NCBI GenBank assembly: GCA_965202985.1
Contig: CBDBCF010000001.1
Location: 1,696,001 to 1,760,000 of the forward strand
Direction: 5' to 3'
From: Longimicrobiales bacterium
GTDB taxonomy: Bacteria > Gemmatimonadota > Gemmatimonadetes > Longimicrobiales > Gaopeijiaceae
DNA length: 64,000 bases
Under the pieces are notes generated by a model. That model did not search any database. It was not told the DNA's origin and was given only the letters and a program-made list of their open reading frames with translations. Positions 1-10,483 of this stretch are shown piece by piece; positions within the stretch are counted from its first letter, which is position 1, and the number at the start of each line of letters is the position of its first letter. The translations under genes and the position numbers were made by a program.

Positions 1-451
1 CGTCGGCCAGGGCTCGGTGGGCGCAGGCCAGCTCGACTCCGCGCTCCTTGCAGGCGGCCTCGAGCTTCTGGCGCGTCTCCCGAAAGGTGCACAGACCGCT
101 GCGCAGATCGACCTGCACGCCGTTTCGCTCGAACTCCTGCCGCAGCATGCGGGCGTCGAACGGCAAGTTGTGGCCGACCAGCAGTGCCCCGTTTACACGC
201 CGCGATATGTCCGCGACCACGTCACTGAAGACCGGCGCCACCTCCACCATGGAGGCGCTGACCCCGTGCACGCCGATCGGTCCGATGTCCCGCTCCGGAT
301 TAAGGAGGGTGTCGTATTCGTCCACCGTCTCCCACGACTCCGGGTCCATGGCGACGATGGCGATCTCGACCAGCCTGTCGTGCTTGCCGAAGCCGGTGGT
401 CTCGACGTCGATTACGACGGGGGCGGCGGGCAGTTCCTGGGTTGGGCGCAT
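1..451 (-). CDS. DEDDh 3'-5' exonuclease (DNA pol III epsilon-like); runs off the window edge
   Basis: Not in the ORF track. Manual translation from ATG 451 gives VVIDVETTG...LVGHNLPFD...AHRALAD (ExoI/II/III motifs). Confidence 0.85.
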   Translation of the reverse strand, partial: MRPTQELPAAPVVIDVETTGFGKHDRLVEIAIVAMDPESWETVDEYDTLLNPERDIGPIGVHGVSASMVEVAPVFSDVVADISRRVNGALLVGHNLPFDARMLRQEFERNGVQVDLRSGLCTFRETRQKLEAACKERGVELACAHRALAD

Positions 452-467
452 TTGGTCCGATCTATTG

Positions 468-1676
468 TCAGTGAGGTTTCCTGGCCGTAACCACGAACTC
501 GAAGAGCTCCTTCTTGGAGTTGCGCTTCCTTATGACGCTAGCCCGGGCATCGACAAGTCCTTCAGCCCGAAAGATGCCCGCCAGTATGTCCTGCACGGGC
601 ACCACCCAGTCGTAGAACTTCGAGTTGCCGACCACGTAGTGCAAAGAAGCTCCTTTTGCCAATCGAGGTGCCAAAGATCGCACATGAACGAGCATGTCGT
701 GACAGTACTTGTGCACATATCTTCCGAGCGCCTCGCTGCGCTCCGCAATGCGTGCAACCAGCTCGCCGAAGCCCGGGTGAGGAATCTGCTCCGTAGTCTC
801 CCACTTGGCGACTCGGCTTGTCGCTACGCCCCAGGTGCCGCCGATTGCCTGCCAGTCCAGTTCGCCGGCGTCGCGAGCGTCCTCCAGATATCCCAGCCAG
901 TACATGTACGGTCGCAGTTCCCGAACGTAGCTCATCCGGTTTGGGTAGGGTGGCGATGTGACCACAATGTTGGGCGAGTGCTCGAACTTGGGAACGACTC
1001 GAGAATCGGCTCGTCGAACGGTTACGGACCCCGCCAGGGCACCACGGGCCGACTCGATTACGGCCGTTGCCGCAGATCGGAATTCCCCAAGCATGTAGTC
1101 GGTGTCCAAGGAGGCCAAGAAGCTGGCCTGGGGCTCCTTGAAGGAGATTGACTGGTGACCAAACGAAGCGTTCGACCACGCGATGACCTGGCGGCAGAAG
1201 GCGATCTTGATCAAATCCGAGGCGTGTTCGTCGCTGGCGGTTGCCGAGACAATGCGTGCCCACAACAACCCTAGCGTCCTGAGGGCCAAAGGCGACCACC
1301 ATCGGTCGATGTTTCGGATCGGGGGAACCCAGCAATCGTCGGCTTCGCCCGCTGCAGGAGTCCTTGCCATTCTATCCGCCAAGCTTACGGCCTGCTGCAA
1401 GGACTCGGCGGAATACTCTCGAACCTTGGCGCCGGCAAACCACACGAGAAACGGGTTGATGTCCAGCAAATCGCACCGGTGGCCACGTTCCGCGCATACC
1501 AAGCCTGTCGTTCCAGTGCCCGAAAACGGATCCAGCACCCGAGGCCGACCGCGAGAGGAAGCCAGCAAGTCGTCGACCAAGCGAACGGAATAAGCTGGCG
1601 TAAGGCGAAGCCAGCCGTGGCGACCAAGGCCGGCATTGTGCTTGAAGGTGTAGTCGCTGCGTTGCCTCACGCTCAT
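468..1676 (-). CDS. DNA methyltransferase, probably N4-cytosine (Type II R-M)
   Basis: LDPFSGTGTT SAM-binding motif and VTSPPY catalytic motif; ATG 1676 overlaps the upstream stop (ATGA). Confidence 0.9.
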   Translation of the reverse strand: MSVRQRSDYTFKHNAGLGRHGWLRLTPAYSVRLVDDLLASSRGRPRVLDPFSGTGTTGLVCAERGHRCDLLDINPFLVWFAGAKVREYSAESLQQAVSLADRMARTPAAGEADDCWVPPIRNIDRWWSPLALRTLGLLWARIVSATASDEHASDLIKIAFCRQVIAWSNASFGHQSISFKEPQASFLASLDTDYMLGEFRSAATAVIESARGALAGSVTVRRADSRVVPKFEHSPNIVVTSPPYPNRMSYVRELRPYMYWLGYLEDARDAGELDWQAIGGTWGVATSRVAKWETTEQIPHPGFGELVARIAERSEALGRYVHKYCHDMLVHVRSLAPRLAKGASLHYVVGNSKFYDWVVPVQDILAGIFRAEGLVDARASVIRKRNSKKELFEFVVTARKPH

Positions 1677-2307
1677 GTGAACTTGGCGTCCGTGGCACCG
1701 AGCAGCGTATCCAGTACATCCATGACGGAGTCCCGAAGTCGATCCGAATTTCGCTCGAAGAAGGCGGCAAGGTCGTAGTCCAGCACTCGGCGCGCGAACG
1801 AATATGTCGAGGAAACCGCATCTCCCTCGATTGTTCCTCGAAGCAGCAGCCATCCTGCCTGACGATATCGCTCCGCGACATCTCCGTCGATTTGATTCGA
1901 CAGCATTGTCACTACGGGGAGGTATGCGTGTTTATAGGCGTTGCCTAGCTACGGCATCGACGACAGCATTCCGACTAATGCGAGCATCAAGAGACAGTGT
2001 TCGTTTCCGGCCCTCCGATGTTTCGACAGAGTAGGACCACTTCGCCTCGTCATCGCTCAATCCTAGCTGGTCTTGGAGTCCGATCTGCCGATACAACGAA
2101 GTGATGCCGCCGGCCGCCTTTGTGAGCTGCATATAGAAGGGGATTGTCCAGTCCAAACCAACGATAGAACGAGTCTGCACCATACAGCTGGCGAAATCGC
2201 TCCAAGTCGACCGACCGACCCTGGCCAAACTTGGGCTGATAGGTCCGGCAGACTTGAACCTTGTCCAACACGATCGACACGTAGCGCTCTTCGCTTGCCA
2301 TCGCCAC
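1673..2307 (-). pseudogene. Degraded putative Type II restriction endonuclease
   Basis: Three consecutive fragments (2050-2307, 1932-2228, 1673-1912). Frameshift near 2120 (YAAHK|AAGGITSLYRQIG) and a second break near 1932; the last fragment is coupled to the MTase start. Confidence 0.65.
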
Positions 2308-2308
2308 G

Positions 2309-3676
2309 CTACGTCGCCGGTCGTCCTGCCTTCAGGTAGTCCAGGAGCAGGTGGGTCATGGCGCGAATGCCGACGGGCACGGCCGAGTTGTCGGCCTGGA
2401 AGTCCGGCGTGTGGTGGCCTCCGGAACGACCGCCGGGCACGACTTGGCCCAGGCGGAAGTAGAAGCCGGGGACCTCGTTGGCGAAGTAGGCGAAGTCCTC
2501 GCCCCCCATCGTGGGTTCCAGGTCGAGGACGTTCTGCTCGCCCAGCAGGCGCTTCAGCGTGGGAAGCATCTGGGCCGCCAGCGCGGCGTCGTTGATCGTG
2601 GCCGGCGTGCCCCGGTCGTAGTCCAGCTCGTAGCTGCCGCCTCCTGCGGCAGTGATCCCGGCCAGGATTTCGCCCATGCGGCGCTCGACCGCGTCCCGGA
2701 CATCCGGGTCGTAGGTGCGAACCGTTCCCTCCATCTCCACCACGTCGGGGATGATGTTGAAGCGCGTACCGCCGCGGATGATGCCCACGGTGATCACGCT
2801 AGGCTCCAAGGGGCTCAGGTTCCGCGACCGAATCGTCTGAAATGCGGCCACGGCCTGCGACGCCATGACCACCGGATCGACGCTCAAGTGGGGCGCGGCG
2901 CCGTGGGACTGCTTGCCCACGACCTTGATCTTGAAGTGGTCCACGGCGGCCAGCGCGGGTCCCACGGAGAATCCCACCTTGCCCACCTCCATCTCGGCGA
3001 AGCTGTGCAGCCCGAAGATGGCGCTGGGCGCGGGGTCCTGAAGCACGCCTTCGGCCACCATCATCCGCGCGCCTCCGTCTTCGCCGGGAGGCGGTCCTTC
3101 TTCCGCCGGCTGGAAGATGAACTTGACCGTGCCCGGAAGCTCGTCCCGCATCGACGCCAGGACCGACGCAACGCCCAGCTGCACCGCCACGTGGATGTCG
3201 TGTCCGCAAGCGTGCATTACGCCCACTTCCTGTCCCAGGTAAGTGGTGCGCACGGTGGACTTGAAGGAGTACGGCGTGTCCTCCGTGACGGGAAGCGCGT
3301 CCATGTCGGCGCGCACCGCCACCACCGGACCAGGCCGCCCGCCCCTCAAGAGGCCCACGACGCCCGTGTGCGCCACGCCAGTGCGCACCTCGTCGAAGCC
3401 CAGCGCGCGCAGGTGGTCCGCCACAAGCGCCGCCGTCTTGAACTCGCGGTTGCCCAGCTCCGGGTACTGATGGATGTGCTCCCGCAAGCGGATGATCGTG
3501 TCCTGGACTTGGGCGACAGCGGCGTCGACAAGGCGGGCGGGGTCTTGGGCGGCGGCTTGGGTCCCGAGCGCCGTCGCTGGCAACGCGGATTGAATGGCGA
3601 TTCCGGCGGCGATGCCCAAGGCGACGATCGGGCCGGCAGCGCGCCGACGGGAGGCGACGGGCGGTTCGGACGGCAT
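2309..3676 (-). CDS. M20D amidohydrolase with signal peptide
   Basis: HQYPELG, RADMDALP, MHACGHD, FQPAEEG and GEDF motifs; start uncertain. Confidence 0.92.
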   Translation of the reverse strand: MPSEPPVASRRRAAGPIVALGIAAGIAIQSALPATALGTQAAAQDPARLVDAAVAQVQDTIIRLREHIHQYPELGNREFKTAALVADHLRALGFDEVRTGVAHTGVVGLLRGGRPGPVVAVRADMDALPVTEDTPYSFKSTVRTTYLGQEVGVMHACGHDIHVAVQLGVASVLASMRDELPGTVKFIFQPAEEGPPPGEDGGARMMVAEGVLQDPAPSAIFGLHSFAEMEVGKVGFSVGPALAAVDHFKIKVVGKQSHGAAPHLSVDPVVMASQAVAAFQTIRSRNLSPLEPSVITVGIIRGGTRFNIIPDVVEMEGTVRTYDPDVRDAVERRMGEILAGITAAGGGSYELDYDRGTPATINDAALAAQMLPTLKRLLGEQNVLDLEPTMGGEDFAYFANEVPGFYFRLGQVVPGGRSGGHHTPDFQADNSAVPVGIRAMTHLLLDYLKAGRPAT

Positions 3677-3941
3677 GGTCGGACAAGGGCCGGCGGCAGG
3701 GTAGCGGCTAGCGGCAGGGCAGGGCAGCTTCGACATGGGGCAGGCCGGGAGTCGCGAGAACGGGGGGAAGGAAGTAGGGCAATCAAGATAAGCGAAACGT
3801 GCGCGACTTGGGGGGCGAGCCCCGCGACGCGAACGCGGGTCTGCGACCGGAGGGCGAGCCTGCGACCCGAAGGCGAGGTTGCGACCGATAACCGCGTCCT
3901 CCCGGACCCGCCAACCCTCCGGGCAAGCTATCATCTTCGAC

Positions 3942-4691
3942 ATGACCGAACCCTCCGTCACCTCCGTCCCCGCAGTCGAGCAGGCGCGCGCCGCCGCGCC
4001 CGTCCGGCCCGCGCTCCGGTTCGAGGCCGCGTCCAAGATCTACCCGCGAGCCGGCGGAAGCCCGCTGATTGCGTTGCGGTCCGCAAGCCTGACGCTCGAA
4101 CTGGGGACGACGACCGCCGTGGTCGGGCGGAGCGGCAGCGGCAAGACCACCCTGCTCCACCTAGCGGCTGGAATCGACGTGCCCAGCCGGGGCCGCGTCG
4201 AGGTGCTGGGCCGTGACCTGAGCCGTCTGCGCGACCGGGAGCGGGCCGTCTTCAGGCGTGACCATGTGGGCATGGTGTTCCAGTTCTTCCGCCTGCTGGA
4301 CCACTTGACGGTGGAGGAGAACGTCACGCTGCCCGCCCGCATCGCCGGCGACCTGGGGCGACACAAGCGCCGGGCGCGGGAGCTGCTGGAGCGCGTCGGG
4401 CTGGCGTCTCGCGCCGCCGACCGGATCGACGGCCTGAGCGGCGGCGAGCAGCAGCGCGTCGCGATCTGCCGCGCCCTGTTGCGCCGTCCCTCCCTGCTGC
4501 TGGCCGACGAGCCCACGGGGAACCTGGACGACGAGTCGGCGGCCGTGGTCATGGACTTGCTGCTCGGCATCGCCAAGGAAGAAGGGAAGACGCTCCTGTA
4601 CGCGACGCACAGCGCCGGCGCCGCCGCCCTGGCCGAACGCAGGCTGACGCTGGCCAGCGGAGTTCTCGGGACGACGCCTCCGCGCCCGTGA
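3942..4691 (+). CDS. ABC transporter ATP-binding protein (LolD/MacB/AttE-like)
   Basis: GRSGSGKT, LSGGEQQR and LLADEPTGNLD motifs. Confidence 0.95.
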   Translation: MTEPSVTSVPAVEQARAAAPVRPALRFEAASKIYPRAGGSPLIALRSASLTLELGTTTAVVGRSGSGKTTLLHLAAGIDVPSRGRVEVLGRDLSRLRDRERAVFRRDHVGMVFQFFRLLDHLTVEENVTLPARIAGDLGRHKRRARELLERVGLASRAADRIDGLSGGEQQRVAICRALLRRPSLLLADEPTGNLDDESAAVVMDLLLGIAKEEGKTLLYATHSAGAAALAERRLTLASGVLGTTPPRP

Positions 4692-7600
4692 TCGGGTACC
4701 TTCGCTTCGTCTTGCGCCGTCGGTTCGCGCGGGAGCCCGCGATGAGCCTTCTGACCTTGGCCGGCGTGGCGCTGGGGACCGGCTCCGTGGTCACGGTGCA
4801 GGTGTTGACGGAAGGGGCGGTCGCGGCGTTCGACGCGACGGTGGACCTGCTGGCGGGAGACGCGGACGCCCTGGTGCTGGGTCACGGCGGCAAGCTGGAC
4901 GAGTCCCTCTATCCCGTCGTCCTGGGCACGGAAGGCGTCGATTGGGCGTCGCCCCTCCTGGAGGGATCGGTCGTCGCACGACGGGCGGACGGAGAGCGAC
5001 GGGCGGACGGACAGGATCTCCCGCGGCCCGTCCCCCTGTACGGCGTGGACCTGTTGTCCTCTGTCGATGGCCCCCTGCATCCGTCGCCGGCAAACGGCGT
5101 CCAGCCTCCGGATCGCGCCCAGCCCTCCTCTTCCGACCTGCTCCGCGCCGCCGCTTCCGCCGACCTTGCCCGCGCCCTCGGCGTCGGCGCCGGCGACACC
5201 GTTGAAGTGGCCCAGGGACCGGCGTGGACGCCCGTCGCCCTCGATCGTGTGCTGGACGCGACCTCCCGCGCTTCGGCCGAAGGTCCCCTGCTGGTGATGG
5301 ACATCGCCGACGCCCAGGACCTCTTGGGCAGAGCCGACTGGATCAGCCGCGTCAACGTTCGCTTCCGCCCCGACGTGCCCGCCGACACGGTTCGGCGCCG
5401 CCTCGCTTCTCGACTGGACGGCCGCGCGCTCGTTTCTTCGCCCGGGGGTCAGCGCGCCGAGGCCCGCCGGCTCCTGTCGGCGTTTCGCGTCAACCTGTCG
5501 GCGCTTGCCTTCACGTCGGTCTTCGTCGGTCTCTTCCTGGTGTACGGCACCACGCGCGCCTCCCTTTCCCGACGACGCCGCGAGACCGGCCTGCTTCGAA
5601 GCCTGGGAGCGACTCGAAGCCAAGTCCTGGGCGCAACGCTGGCGGAAGCGGGCGTCCTGGGCGTGGCGGGCGCGGCCCTGGGAGTGCCTTTGGGGTACGC
5701 CGCCGCCCTGGCCAACTTGGACTCGGTGAGCGGCACGGTGACCGACCTCTACCTGCTGTCGGCGATTCGGAGCTTGGAAGTGCCCCCGCACGTGTGGCTC
5801 CTGGCACTGGCGGGCGGATTGCTCGGGACGATCGCCGGCGCCGCAGGACCTGCCGCCGAGGTCTGCCTTGCCCCGGCGGCCGACCTGCTCTCCGACCAGC
5901 GAGCGCGCGTCCGCTGGCGGTCGGTCTCGAAGACGCTTTGGCGGGCGAGCTGGGCCGTGCTGGCGGTTCTGCTGACGTGGTTCGCCGTCGGAGGCCACCG
6001 CTGGCGCCACGCGGGGTTCGTGTTGGCGGCGGGGATCATGGTCTGGACGGCGTTGGCGGCGCCCGCCTTCGTGACGGGACTGTGCCGACTGGCGGGGCGT
6101 TCGCGGGGGTTCGGCTGGCGCTTCGCCCTGGGCGGCCTACCCGTTCGCCTTCACACTTCGGGCGTGGCGGTGGCCGGCGTGGCCGTCGCCTTCGCCATGC
6201 TGGTGGGGACCACCGTCATGGTCGGCAGCTTCCGCGACACCTTCCGGGCCTGGCTGGACGCCACGATGCTGGCCGACGTGTACGTGTCCGCGGCAGCGTG
6301 GACGGGCGCGACCGACCAGGGGGGCGTGCACGGCGACCTGCTGGACCAGCTCCGGCGGCTGCCCGGCGTGGCCGCCGTGGGTCGGCTGCGAGGTTTCCAC
6401 GGCTACGCGGACAACTTGCCGGTGGCGCTTCGCGGCATCGACGCCCGGCCAACCGGGCCGACCGGAGCGCGGCACAGGGACCGCCTACTACTAAAGGAGG
6501 GCGACCCGGAGACGGTGGCGGCGGAGCTGGCGGACGGGGCGGTTGCCGTCAGCGAGCCGCTGGCGCGCCGGGCGGGCGTCCGACGGGGCGACTCGATTGC
6601 GGTGCGGACGGCCTCGGGCGCCGTTCGAGCAGCGGTAGCCGGCGTCTACTACCAGTACGGCACGGACCGAGGTTCGATCTCCATGGACTTGGCCACGATG
6701 GAGGCGTGGTTCGGACCCGGCGCGCCTCATGGACTGGCGGTCTACCTGGACCGGGTCCGGCGAACGGACGCGGGCGACGACGACACAGACGCGGGCGGCG
6801 CGCAGGCCGGCGTCGTCCAAGCGGTTCGACAGGCGGCGACGCCGTACCCGGTCGTCGTGCGTACTCACGGCGCCCTGCGGACCGACGCGCTTCGCATCTT
6901 CGACCAGACCTTCGCGGTCACGCTGCTCCTGCAGGCGATGGCGCTGGCCGTGGCCGCCGCGGGCGTGGCCCTGTCGCTCTTGGTCATGGCCCGAGAGGAA
7001 GCTTGGGACACCGCCACCTGTCGGGCCCTGGGCGCCACCCGCGGCCAAGTCTTTCGGTTCCATCTGGGCAAGGGCGCGGGGTTGGCCGGCATCGGCGGCC
7101 TGCTGGGCTTGGCGGGCGGCGCCGGACTGGCCGCAGTTCTGATCTACGTGACCAACCGAGCCTACTTCGGCTGGACGGTGCAGTTCGGCGTGCCCGCGTT
7201 CAGCCTTGCCCAGCAGTGCGCCTTCCTGCTGCTGGCCGCCGTGGCGGCGTCTTGGTGGCCGGCCCTCCGAGCGTCCGGCGGAGGGGGCGCCCTGGCGCGA
7301 CGATCCGTCGTGGCGGCGGTCGTGGCTGCGCTGTCGCTCGCCGCGTGCTCGCCCCCGCCGGAGTCCGATTCCGATCCCCCAAACGGCCGCGGTCCTTCGG
7401 CGCTGCCCGATGCGGTCGCGGAAGGCTGGCTCGCGGCAGACCCCGACTACTCGTGGTCGTTCCCCGAAGACCACGGACCCCACTTCGGCTACAAGACCGA
7501 GTGGTGGTACTTCACCGGCGTGTTGTCCACACGGGCGCGAGAGTTGGGCTACCAGTTCACGATCTTCAAGATCGGGTTGCGCCCGCCCCGCCCGGAACGC

Positions 7601-8620
7601 GACGCGCCCCCACCGACGAGCGCGCCCGTCCCGCCCTCCCGCTGGACCGCGTCGGCGTTGCTCCTGGGGCACATGGCCGTCAGCGACCCCGCCGAAGGCA
7701 CGCACGTCTTCTCGGAGGTGCTGTACCGGGCCGGCCCTCTTGCGCCCGGCGCCCCCTCGCCTACCGCCGAGCCGACCCCCGACGCCCGTCCAAGCGACAA
7801 CTCGGCCAGCGCTGCAGGCGGCCCCCTCCTGGCCGGCTTCGGCGCGGCCCCTGGCGGATCGATCGACGCCTCCACCTCCCGCATCCCCGTCGCATGGAGT
7901 CGCGGCCCTCCCGGAACCTTCTCGCCATGGCGCCTGGACCTCCTGCGCGACGGCTTCGCGCTCGCGGCTGCCGACGATGCGGCGGACATCGCCCTCTCGC
8001 TCGTCGTCCGGCCCACGCGCCCCGTCGTGTTCCAAGGTCCCAACGGTTACAGCCGCAAGTCCGCCGAACCGGGCCGCGCCAGCATGTACTACAGCCGCCC
8101 GCGCCTGACCACGACCGGGACCGTCCGCTTGGGCGCCGCCCGCTATGCCGTCGCCGGCGTCAGTTGGATGGACCACGAGTTCAGCTCCGAACCCCTGGCG
8201 CCCGAGCAGGTCGGCTGGGACTGGCTGAGCCTGCGCCTGACCGACGGCGTCGACGTGACCGCGTTCCAGCTCCGCCGCTCCGACGGCCGCGCCGACTACC
8301 AAGCCGCGACCCTGGCCGCGTCCTCCGACCCGCCTCGTCACTTGGCGCGCAACGAATGGTCGATGACTCCCGGCGCGACGTGGACCAGCCCCGCCACCGG
8401 CGCGACCTACCCGGTCGAGTGGACCCTGGCGCTGCCGGGACGGATCGGGCGCATCGTCGTTCGCGCCGCCTTCCCGTCCCAAGAAAACGTGTCGCTCCGC
8501 GTGGCGAACCTTCACTACTGGGAAGGATTGGTCCGCGCGTTCGACCCCGACGGTCGACAGATAGGCGAAGGCTACTTGGAGATGACGGGCTACGGCGAGG
8601 GGAGCCGCCCGGCGCTGTGA
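4688..8620 (+). CDS. FtsX/MacB-type ABC permease fused to an AttH/CrtC-like lipocalin domain
   Basis: About 870 aa double-FtsX permease, then an internal lipobox LSLAAC and FPEDHGPH-EWWY, WMDHEFS, GWDW, YWEG, GYLEMTGY motifs. Confidence 0.85.
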   Translation: MIGYLRFVLRRRFAREPAMSLLTLAGVALGTGSVVTVQVLTEGAVAAFDATVDLLAGDADALVLGHGGKLDESLYPVVLGTEGVDWASPLLEGSVVARRADGERRADGQDLPRPVPLYGVDLLSSVDGPLHPSPANGVQPPDRAQPSSSDLLRAAASADLARALGVGAGDTVEVAQGPAWTPVALDRVLDATSRASAEGPLLVMDIADAQDLLGRADWISRVNVRFRPDVPADTVRRRLASRLDGRALVSSPGGQRAEARRLLSAFRVNLSALAFTSVFVGLFLVYGTTRASLSRRRRETGLLRSLGATRSQVLGATLAEAGVLGVAGAALGVPLGYAAALANLDSVSGTVTDLYLLSAIRSLEVPPHVWLLALAGGLLGTIAGAAGPAAEVCLAPAADLLSDQRARVRWRSVSKTLWRASWAVLAVLLTWFAVGGHRWRHAGFVLAAGIMVWTALAAPAFVTGLCRLAGRSRGFGWRFALGGLPVRLHTSGVAVAGVAVAFAMLVGTTVMVGSFRDTFRAWLDATMLADVYVSAAAWTGATDQGGVHGDLLDQLRRLPGVAAVGRLRGFHGYADNLPVALRGIDARPTGPTGARHRDRLLLKEGDPETVAAELADGAVAVSEPLARRAGVRRGDSIAVRTASGAVRAAVAGVYYQYGTDRGSISMDLATMEAWFGPGAPHGLAVYLDRVRRTDAGDDDTDAGGAQAGVVQAVRQAATPYPVVVRTHGALRTDALRIFDQTFAVTLLLQAMALAVAAAGVALSLLVMAREEAWDTATCRALGATRGQVFRFHLGKGAGLAGIGGLLGLAGGAGLAAVLIYVTNRAYFGWTVQFGVPAFSLAQQCAFLLLAAVAASWWPALRASGGGGALARRSVVAAVVAALSLAACSPPPESDSDPPNGRGPSALPDAVAEGWLAADPDYSWSFPEDHGPHFGYKTEWWYFTGVLSTRARELGYQFTIFKIGLRPPRPERDAPPPTSAPVPPSRWTASALLLGHMAVSDPAEGTHVFSEVLYRAGPLAPGAPSPTAEPTPDARPSDNSASAAGGPLLAGFGAAPGGSIDASTSRIPVAWSRGPPGTFSPWRLDLLRDGFALAAADDAADIALSLVVRPTRPVVFQGPNGYSRKSAEPGRASMYYSRPRLTTTGTVRLGAARYAVAGVSWMDHEFSSEPLAPEQVGWDWLSLRLTDGVDVTAFQLRRSDGRADYQAATLAASSDPPRHLARNEWSMTPGATWTSPATGATYPVEWTLALPGRIGRIVVRAAFPSQENVSLRVANLHYWEGLVRAFDPDGRQIGEGYLEMTGYGEGSRPAL

Positions 8621-8626
8621 GCGGCG
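8578..8626 (+). repeat. 49-bp direct repeat, copy 1 (3' end of the permease-AttH gene)
   Basis: Matches 10283-10331 with 2 mismatches. Confidence 0.9.
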
Positions 8627-8700
8627 GGGGCTTGACGAGATGCCTGGCGACGCTGTCGCCGATCTACTTCAAGCCGAGCTTGTCGGGCTCCAGAAGTCTC

Positions 8701-8763
8701 GCCGAATCTTCCCCTGACTCTTTGCCGATCCTTCCCCTGCAAGTTCGCCGATCCTTCCCCTGA
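8701..8763 (+). repeat. Three direct repeats with a 23-bp period
   Basis: GCCGA(AT/TC)CTTCCCCTG at 8701, 8724 and 8747. Confidence 0.8.
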
Positions 8764-8814
8764 ATCTGCTGGAGGCCCTTGCGCAGCGGAAGGCGGAGCG
8801 CGTAGTTCCGTAGC

Positions 8815-10068
8815 ATGAAGTACATCCCCCGAATCGTCGACGCCGAGCTGGCCGACCGGCTCGCCGCCACCGGCGCGGTCGTCGTCGAGGGTCCCAAGGC
8901 CTGCGGGAAGACCGCGACGGCCGAATCGGTCGCGGCCAGCGCGGTGTTCCTGGACGTGGACGATACTGCCCGGGCCATGGTCGACCTGGACCCGGCGGCC
9001 GTGCTTGCAGGCGATACGCCGCGCCTGATCGACGAGTGGCAGACTGAGCCGGCGATCTGGAACCACATCCGAAGGGCCGTGGACAGGCGAGGCGCCCCCG
9101 GCCAGTTCATCCTCACCGGTTCGGCGGTGCCCACGGACGACATTACCCGCCACACCGGCGCCGGACGACTGACGCGGTTGCGGATGCGTCCGATGTCGCT
9201 CTTCGAGACCGGTCGCTCCACGGGCGAGATATCGCTGGCCGGCCTGTTGGCGGGGAACCCTCAGCGGTCCGCGCGTTCGCACATCGCGGTGCAAGAGCTG
9301 GCGGAGTTGGTGTGCGCCGGAGGCTGGCCCGGGCACCAGGGCCGCAACTTGGCGCAGGCCGTTCGGGCGAACCGCGACTACCTGTCGGAGGTGCAGCGCG
9401 TCGAGGTCCAGCGGCTGGAAGACAAGCGACGGGACCCCGTCAAGGTTGGAAGGTTGCTGCGGTCGCTGGCCCGAAACATCGCCACGCCGGCCACGGTGGC
9501 CACGCTGGCCAGGGATGTGCGCGGGACAGGGCCGTCCTTCAAGGCCAGCACCGCCGCCGAGTACATGGAGGCCTTGGAGCGGTTGATGATCGTCGAGGAT
9601 CAACCGGCGTGGTCGCCGCATCTGCGTTCCCGGACCACGCTGAGAACCACGCCCGTTCGACACTTCGCGGACCCTTCGCTGGCAGCCGCGGCGCTGCGGG
9701 CCACGCCGAACCGGCTACGGGGCGATCTGGAAGTGCTCGGCCTCCTGTTCGAGTCCATGGTGATCCGCGACCTGCGGGTCTACGCCCAGGCCGCCGACGC
9801 CCAAGTGTTCCACTACCGCGAGAAGGACGGCCTGGAGGTGGACGTCATCGTCGAAGACGCCGAAGGAAGGTGGGCGGCGTTCGAGGTGAAGATGGGCGCG
9901 CGGCGGGTCAAGGACGGGATGGCCAACCTGGAACGGGTCGCGGCCCGCATGAGGACCAGCAGCGGCTACGGCGAACCCGGCGCTCTCGCCGTCGTCGTCC
10001 CCAGCGGCTTAGGCGCGGTTCCGCAGGGGCGCGCAGGAGTGGTCCCGTTGGGGGCGCTGGGACCGTGA
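8815..10068 (+). CDS. AAA+ ATPase (AAA_14 + DUF4143)
   Basis: GPKACGKT, LIDEWQ, FILTGS, LFESMV and C-terminal EVD...FEVK. Confidence 0.9.
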   Translation: MKYIPRIVDAELADRLAATGAVVVEGPKACGKTATAESVAASAVFLDVDDTARAMVDLDPAAVLAGDTPRLIDEWQTEPAIWNHIRRAVDRRGAPGQFILTGSAVPTDDITRHTGAGRLTRLRMRPMSLFETGRSTGEISLAGLLAGNPQRSARSHIAVQELAELVCAGGWPGHQGRNLAQAVRANRDYLSEVQRVEVQRLEDKRRDPVKVGRLLRSLARNIATPATVATLARDVRGTGPSFKASTAAEYMEALERLMIVEDQPAWSPHLRSRTTLRTTPVRHFADPSLAAAALRATPNRLRGDLEVLGLLFESMVIRDLRVYAQAADAQVFHYREKDGLEVDVIVEDAEGRWAAFEVKMGARRVKDGMANLERVAARMRTSSGYGEPGALAVVVPSGLGAVPQGRAGVVPLGALGP

Positions 10069-10150
10069 CGACGTTGACCGAGGCGGGCGTACCGGGCAAG
10101 GTGGCCGACGGGGCGTAGGCCTACCGTACCGAGTCGTCCGACTTCAACCG

Positions 10151-10331
10151 TCAGCCCGAAGAACCACCGTCGCCGACCACTCCCGACAGGACCGTGCCGA
10201 TGTAGGAGTCGCGGTCCTATTTCTGGAAGACGACGTTTCGCTTCTTCAACCAGGACTTGTCGCGGTTCCAGCGTTTCTTGACGGAGATGACGGACTACGG
10301 CGAGGGGAGCTGCCCGGCGCTGTGAGCGGCG
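10151..10331. repeat. Chimeric duplicate: 132 bp of the res 3' end joined to 49 bp of the permease-AttH 3' end
   Basis: 10151-10282 resembles 11279-11410 (diverged, with a GAG>TAG stop); 10283-10331 resembles 8578-8626. Confidence 0.9.
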
Positions 10332-10483
10332 CGGGTTCGACGATTGCCCGCCGAAGAGCTTGATGTCGCTCGGGAGGGGTCGCATCTTGTGACTAATGCC
10401 AGCAAGTCCTTCATGACCCGCGACTTCACCGGCAAGCGCAACCACTTTCCACTAGGGCCCACAAAACAGGAGAACAAAACAAC

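Noticed and set aside
8578..10331. attL/attR sites of an integrative element
   Set aside because: There is no integrase or tRNA in the window, and the adjacent res-end duplication fits tandem recombination better.
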